Source: Hemiscyllium ocellatum
Lineage: Eukaryota
Assembly: GCF_020745735.1 (NCBI RefSeq)
Contig: NC_083433.1
Span: 2,677,363 to 2,741,362, forward strand
Reading direction: 5' to 3'
Length of the DNA: 64,000 bases
Positions 59,625-64,000 of the stretch are shown piece after piece. A program made the translations under genes and the position numbers. The first letter of the stretch is position 1. Every line of letters begins with the position of its first letter. The notes under the pieces are model-generated. The model was not told the DNA's origin and ran no database searches. It was given only the letters and a program-made list of their open reading frames with translations.

Positions 59625-60000
59625 CAAACACCCAACCCCAACCCAACCCACCTCAACACCCACCTAACCCAAACCTCACCCTACCAACACCCAACTCCAA
59701 CTCAACCCACCCCACCTCAACATCCACCTAACCCAAACCTCACCCTACCAACACCCAACTCCAACTCAACCCAACCCACCTCAACACCCACCTAACCCAA
59801 ACCTCACCCTACCAACACCCAACCCCAACCCAACCCACCCCACCCCACCTCAACATCCACCTAACCCAAACCTCACCCTACCAACACCCACCCCCAACCC
59901 AACCCAACTGCATCCAACCCCCACCTCAACTCCCTCCTTCAAATGCATCACCCCAACCCAAACCTCACCAATCCCCATCCCACATCACCAATCCCCACCC
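59625..60000. repeat. C/A-rich 64-bp minisatellite in the last CBX7 intron
   Basis: Unit CCAACACCCAACTCCAACTCAACCCA(C/A)CCCACCTCAACA(T/C)CCACCTAACCCAAACCTCACCCTA at 59684-59747 and 59748-59811; about 4-5 copies in total. Confidence 0.9.
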
Positions 60001-60494
60001 CAAGACACAGCAGTCCCCTTCTCCCCAGGATTGGACACTGCAGTGTGGGATGAAGAGATAAGGGGAAGAGGGAAAAAGGAATAGGAAGAGGTAGAAAGAG
60101 GAAGAGTTTTGTTTCCATTCCAGGACGTCACAGGCTCGGCCAGCATTTGTTGCCCATCCTAACTGGGGAGGGTGGTTAAGAGTCATTCACATTGCTGTGG
60201 ATCTGGAGTCCCATGTAGACCAGACCTTCCTTAAAGGTCATTAGTAAACCAACAATCAATTCAAGGTTATCATCAGGTTCTTAATTCCAGATTTTTATGG
60301 AATTCAAATTGCACCATCTGCGGTGGGAGGATTTGAACCCGGGTCCCTGGAACATTACCTAGGACTCTAGATTAACAATCGAGTGATTATACCACCAGGC
60401 CACCAGCTCGCCATGCGAGGGAAAGACATGAGAGTGACCAAGGGTGGGAGAAAGCGGCGAGGAGAGGGGCAGGAGAGAGAGGGGTCTAAAGGGA

Positions 60495-60496
<2 letters not shown>

Positions 60497-60550
<54 letters not shown>
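60497..60550. repeat. (GT)n followed by (GA)n microsatellite; degenerate (CA)n at ~5636-5790 and (GA)n at ~57775-57880
   Basis: Seen directly. Confidence 0.95.
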
Positions 60551-60551
<1 letters not shown>

Positions 60552-60841
60552 AAATGGGAGAGGTAATGTGAGAAGGGGAATAATAGGGGGAGGCTCATCC
60601 CCTCAAGACACTGAGGAGAACTTCCTGAGGTTTAACCAGGACCAAAGGCCTCACTGATTGGCAATAACATGAAACAGAAAGCTCAAATAGAGGGGAGGGG
60701 CGGGAGGGTGACCGACTTTCAGTACAGGGCAGACGTTTCAGAGAGAGAGAAGCTGCATTTACACGGCACCTTTAATAACAGGAAGCCAGCGACCAGAGGC
60801 GAACCCAGCGAGGGGTTTGTGCCTCACAGTCTGTCACTCAC

Positions 60842-61181
60842 CTTCGTTTACCTCGGGACAGCTCTCACTCTGCAATTCATCCTCAAACTCCGAATCCACG
60901 TACTTTTCACTCAGCGCCCTGCCGGTCTCGTCCTCAGACCACTCACTCATCCCATGCCTCTCCGTGATCTCACTGGGTTCTTCAGTAGAGCCGGGCTTGG
61001 CCAGTTTGAAAAACTTGTGCTTCCGGCTGAGGGAGAACTGGATCCGTTTGCCGTTTTCCCCGTGTTCCCGCTGACCCAGACTTGACACCGAAGTCCCGTC
61101 AAACTGTCTGGACAAGGAGAGGCGCAGCTCCCCCTTTTCTTTCAGCTTGGCCGCACTCCGCAAATCCATCCCATAAATCCG
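60842..61181 (-). CDS. CBX7: Chromobox 7, penultimate coding exon (340 nt); chromodomain exons lie right of the window
   Basis: tgttgccag|RIYGMDLRSAAKLKEK...LSRKHKFFKL...EVNEG|gtgagt resembles CBX7 RLYSMDLRS. Phase 0 in, phase 1 out. Confidence 0.9.
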
Positions 61182-61444
61182 CTGGCAACAAACAACAAAA
61201 ATCAAACCCAACGCTTTGATGCATCTTGGCCCTTCGCAGTTTCAATGTTTAGTGCTAGGAGGACAAGAGGGTATCAGTTTAAGGTTAGAGGGGAAAGAAT
61301 AAAGGGGAACCTGAGGAGCAACCTTTTTACACAGAGGGTGGTACGCATATGGAATGAGCTGCCAACAGAAGTGGCTGAGGCGGGAACATTAACAACATTT
61401 AAAAGGCATTTGGACAAATACATAAGGATTAGAAAGATATGGGC

Positions 61445-61655
61445 TGAAAATGTGTTGCTGGAAAAGCGCAGCAGGTCAGGCAGCATCCAAGGAGCAGGAG
61501 AGTCGACGTTTCGGGCATAAGCCCTTCTTCAGGAAGAAGGGCTTATGCCCGAAACGTCGAACTTCCTGTTCCTTGGATGCTGCCTGACCTGCTGCGCTTT
61601 TCCAGCAACATATTTTCAGCTCTGATCTCTCGCATCTGCAGTCCTCACTTTCTCC
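61445..61655 (+). mobile_element. Family A fold-back mini-element inside a CR1 3' fragment (CBX7 intron)
   Basis: Inverted arms and a 35-nt tail (61621-61655). 16-bp TSD TTAGAAAGATATGGGC (61429 / 61656). Confidence 0.9.
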
Positions 61656-64000
61656 TTAGAAAGATATGGGCCAAGTGCAGGTAAATGGAGTTAGTGTGGA
61701 CGGACATTTTGGTTGGCATGGACCAGGTTAGTCTCCGAAGGGTCAGTCTCCGAGTTATAGGTCGCTATGACTGTAACTTACTGCTGAGGCCAAGGGAGAT
61801 GTCAGTGGCTAAACCCAGTCAACAAACACTTTCATTTATGTAGCACCTTCCAGCACCTCAGGATGCCCCAGAGTGTTTTATGGCCAATAAAGTTTAGAAC
61901 CTCATCTTACGTAGGGAATGAAACAGGAAATCAGCGCACAGCAAGCTGCCACAAATGCCCAATGTGACACCGACCAGGTGACCTGATCATTCTTAGAAAT
62001 AGGGGAGGCGATGGTCAAATAGGATTATCGTTAATCTAGAGACTCAGGGAATGTTCTGGGGACCTGGGTTTGAGTCCCTCCATGGCAGACAGTGGAATTG
62101 TGTTCAGTAAAAATCTGGAATTAAGAATCTAATCATGACCATGAGTTGATTGTCAGAAAAACCCCATCTGGGTCACGAATGTCCTTTAGGGAAGGAAACT
62201 GCCATCTTTACCTGGTCTGACCTACATGTGACTCCAGGCCCACTGCAATGCGCTTGATTCTGAATGGTTCTCTGGGCAATAAGGGACGTGGAATAAATGC
62301 TGGTCCAGCCAGCAACATCCTCATCCAGTGTATGAATTTTTTAAAAACTGAAGATTTAAACAAGAGAAGGCTGCTCGGCCCCTTGAGCCTTTTCTGGTAT
62401 TTACTTAGATCGTGGTGTGCTCGGTACCTTTATAGTTCTGCAAACGTGAAACATCCTGATCAAATTAAAATCTTTAATTCTTGGTTTAAACATTTTCAAT
62501 AGACTCACCCTCTCCACTCCCACCAGCCACAATGAGCAGTATTTCTTTGGGAGGGATGGGGGTGGTAGAGAAGAAACTATAAAATGCCTACCATGTGGAA
62601 ACATGCCATGCAGTCTATCTGAAGAGCATCCCACCCAGCCCCACCTCCCTACCCTATCTCTGTATTTCCCATGGCTAACCCACACAGCTTTGAACTGCAA
62701 GAAGGAAACAGGAGCACCCAGAGGAAATCCACACAGACAGAACGTGCAAACGCCACACTGGCAGTCACCTGAGGGTCCCTGGCATCGTGAGGTAGCAGTG
62801 CTAACCACTGAGCCACCATCTGCCCAGTTCTGCATTGCCACAGCTCTGCGTGAGGAAGCAATTCCTGGTGTCACCTCTCAGTTTTAAGTTATATTTGATC
62901 ATCACAACTGCATCCTCATTAAGTCTGTAGCTTAGAGAGAACGTAAGGCCCCTAGACTGTGCAACTGAGGGCAGTTAGGGGTCAACCACACGTGACAGTG
63001 TTTCTTTCTTTGTTCTTCCATGGGATGCTGGTGTCACTGGCTGGGCCAGTTCTTGTCTCCCATCCCTAATTGCCCCCTTGAACTGAATGGCTTATTTGGG
63101 CCATCTCAAAGGGCAGTTTTACGATGGGTCTGGAGTCACATGTAGGCCAGACCAGGTCTAGGGACAGCAGATTACTCTCCCTGAAGGACAATGGTGAATG
63201 AATGAGATTGGGTTTTGACAGTGGTAGTTTCACCATTACCAAATTATAATTGGGGGTGGCTCAGTGGCTACCTCTGCCACCTTACAGCATCAGGGTGCCA
63301 GGTTCGATTCCAGCCTTGGGTAAACTGTCTGTGTAGAGTTTGCACATTCTCCCCGTGTCTGTGAGAGTTTCCTCTGGGTGCTCTGGTTTCCTCCCACAAT
63401 CGAAAGATGTGCAGGTTAGGGTGGCTTGGCCATGCTAAACTACCTGAAGTGTCCATGGATGTGCAGTTGGGTTAGCCATGGGAAGTGCAGGGGTTACAGG
63501 GTTAGGATAGGTGGGGGAGTCTGGGTGGGATGCTCTTCAGAGGATTACTCTGGACTCGATGGACCAAATGGCCTGCTTCCACACTGCAGGGACTCTGTGA
63601 TTCTAATTATTTGTATATAATTTAGATCCAATAATCAATTCGACCAGCTGCAATGGCGGAAGTGGGATTTGACCCCATGAACCCAGACCATCAGTTCATC
63701 AACATTACCAATCCAATGGTATTACTATTATGTCACAATTTCCCCAGAGACGGTGGGGCACATTAGGCATCCTGTCCTCACCCAACACCCAAGGAAACCA
63801 ACAGTGCCCCCTGTCCACAGCCCAGGAGGGACCAAGACTCCATGAACAGCTAGCTCAGGCTTGGCCTTTTGCCCCTCTCTGGTCTGTGGGAATCAGTGCG
63901 TGTGAGGGGCTGTACCTACAAGGTGGTGGTGGAGAGGCTAGCCCCGCGTTTACTGAGCCACAGGGGAGGATGAACTGGATGGATATTTATTTGCGGGTCA

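Noticed and set aside
63910-63960. Possible CBX7 exon 4 (KRG... on minus, before GTACAG)
   Set aside because: It does not encode RGPKPK and hits a stop codon. The CBX7 chromodomain exons must lie beyond the window.

Overview
This is vertebrate genomic DNA, most likely a shark or other elasmobranch. That assignment is inferred from the repeat landscape (CR1 LINEs, HE1/V-SINE-like and Deu-domain-like SINEs, Penelope-like elements) and was not checked against a database. The window holds the conserved block NPTXR (exon 1, minus) - CBX6 (all 5 coding exons, minus) - CBX7 (last two coding exons, minus). Between NPTXR and CBX6 lies an intact, intronless-CDS Toll-like receptor of the TLR11/13/21/22 family on the plus strand. 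The CBX6-CBX7 interval, where placental mammals carry APOBEC3, shows no recognisable gene and is filled with nested retroelements. Highlights: (1) about 16 Penelope-type insertions in three families, most reduced to 90-230 bp fold-back units with target-site duplications and a minimal hammerhead-ribozyme core that shows stem I covariation; (2) an apparently conserved CUG start codon for NPTXR; (3) a TLR21/TLR29-like gene with a non-proline BB loop and a PU.1/IRF-type promoter; (4) a 33-bp minisatellite that has expanded independently inside three SINE copies. Repeat boundaries were read by eye and are approximate unless a TSD is quoted.
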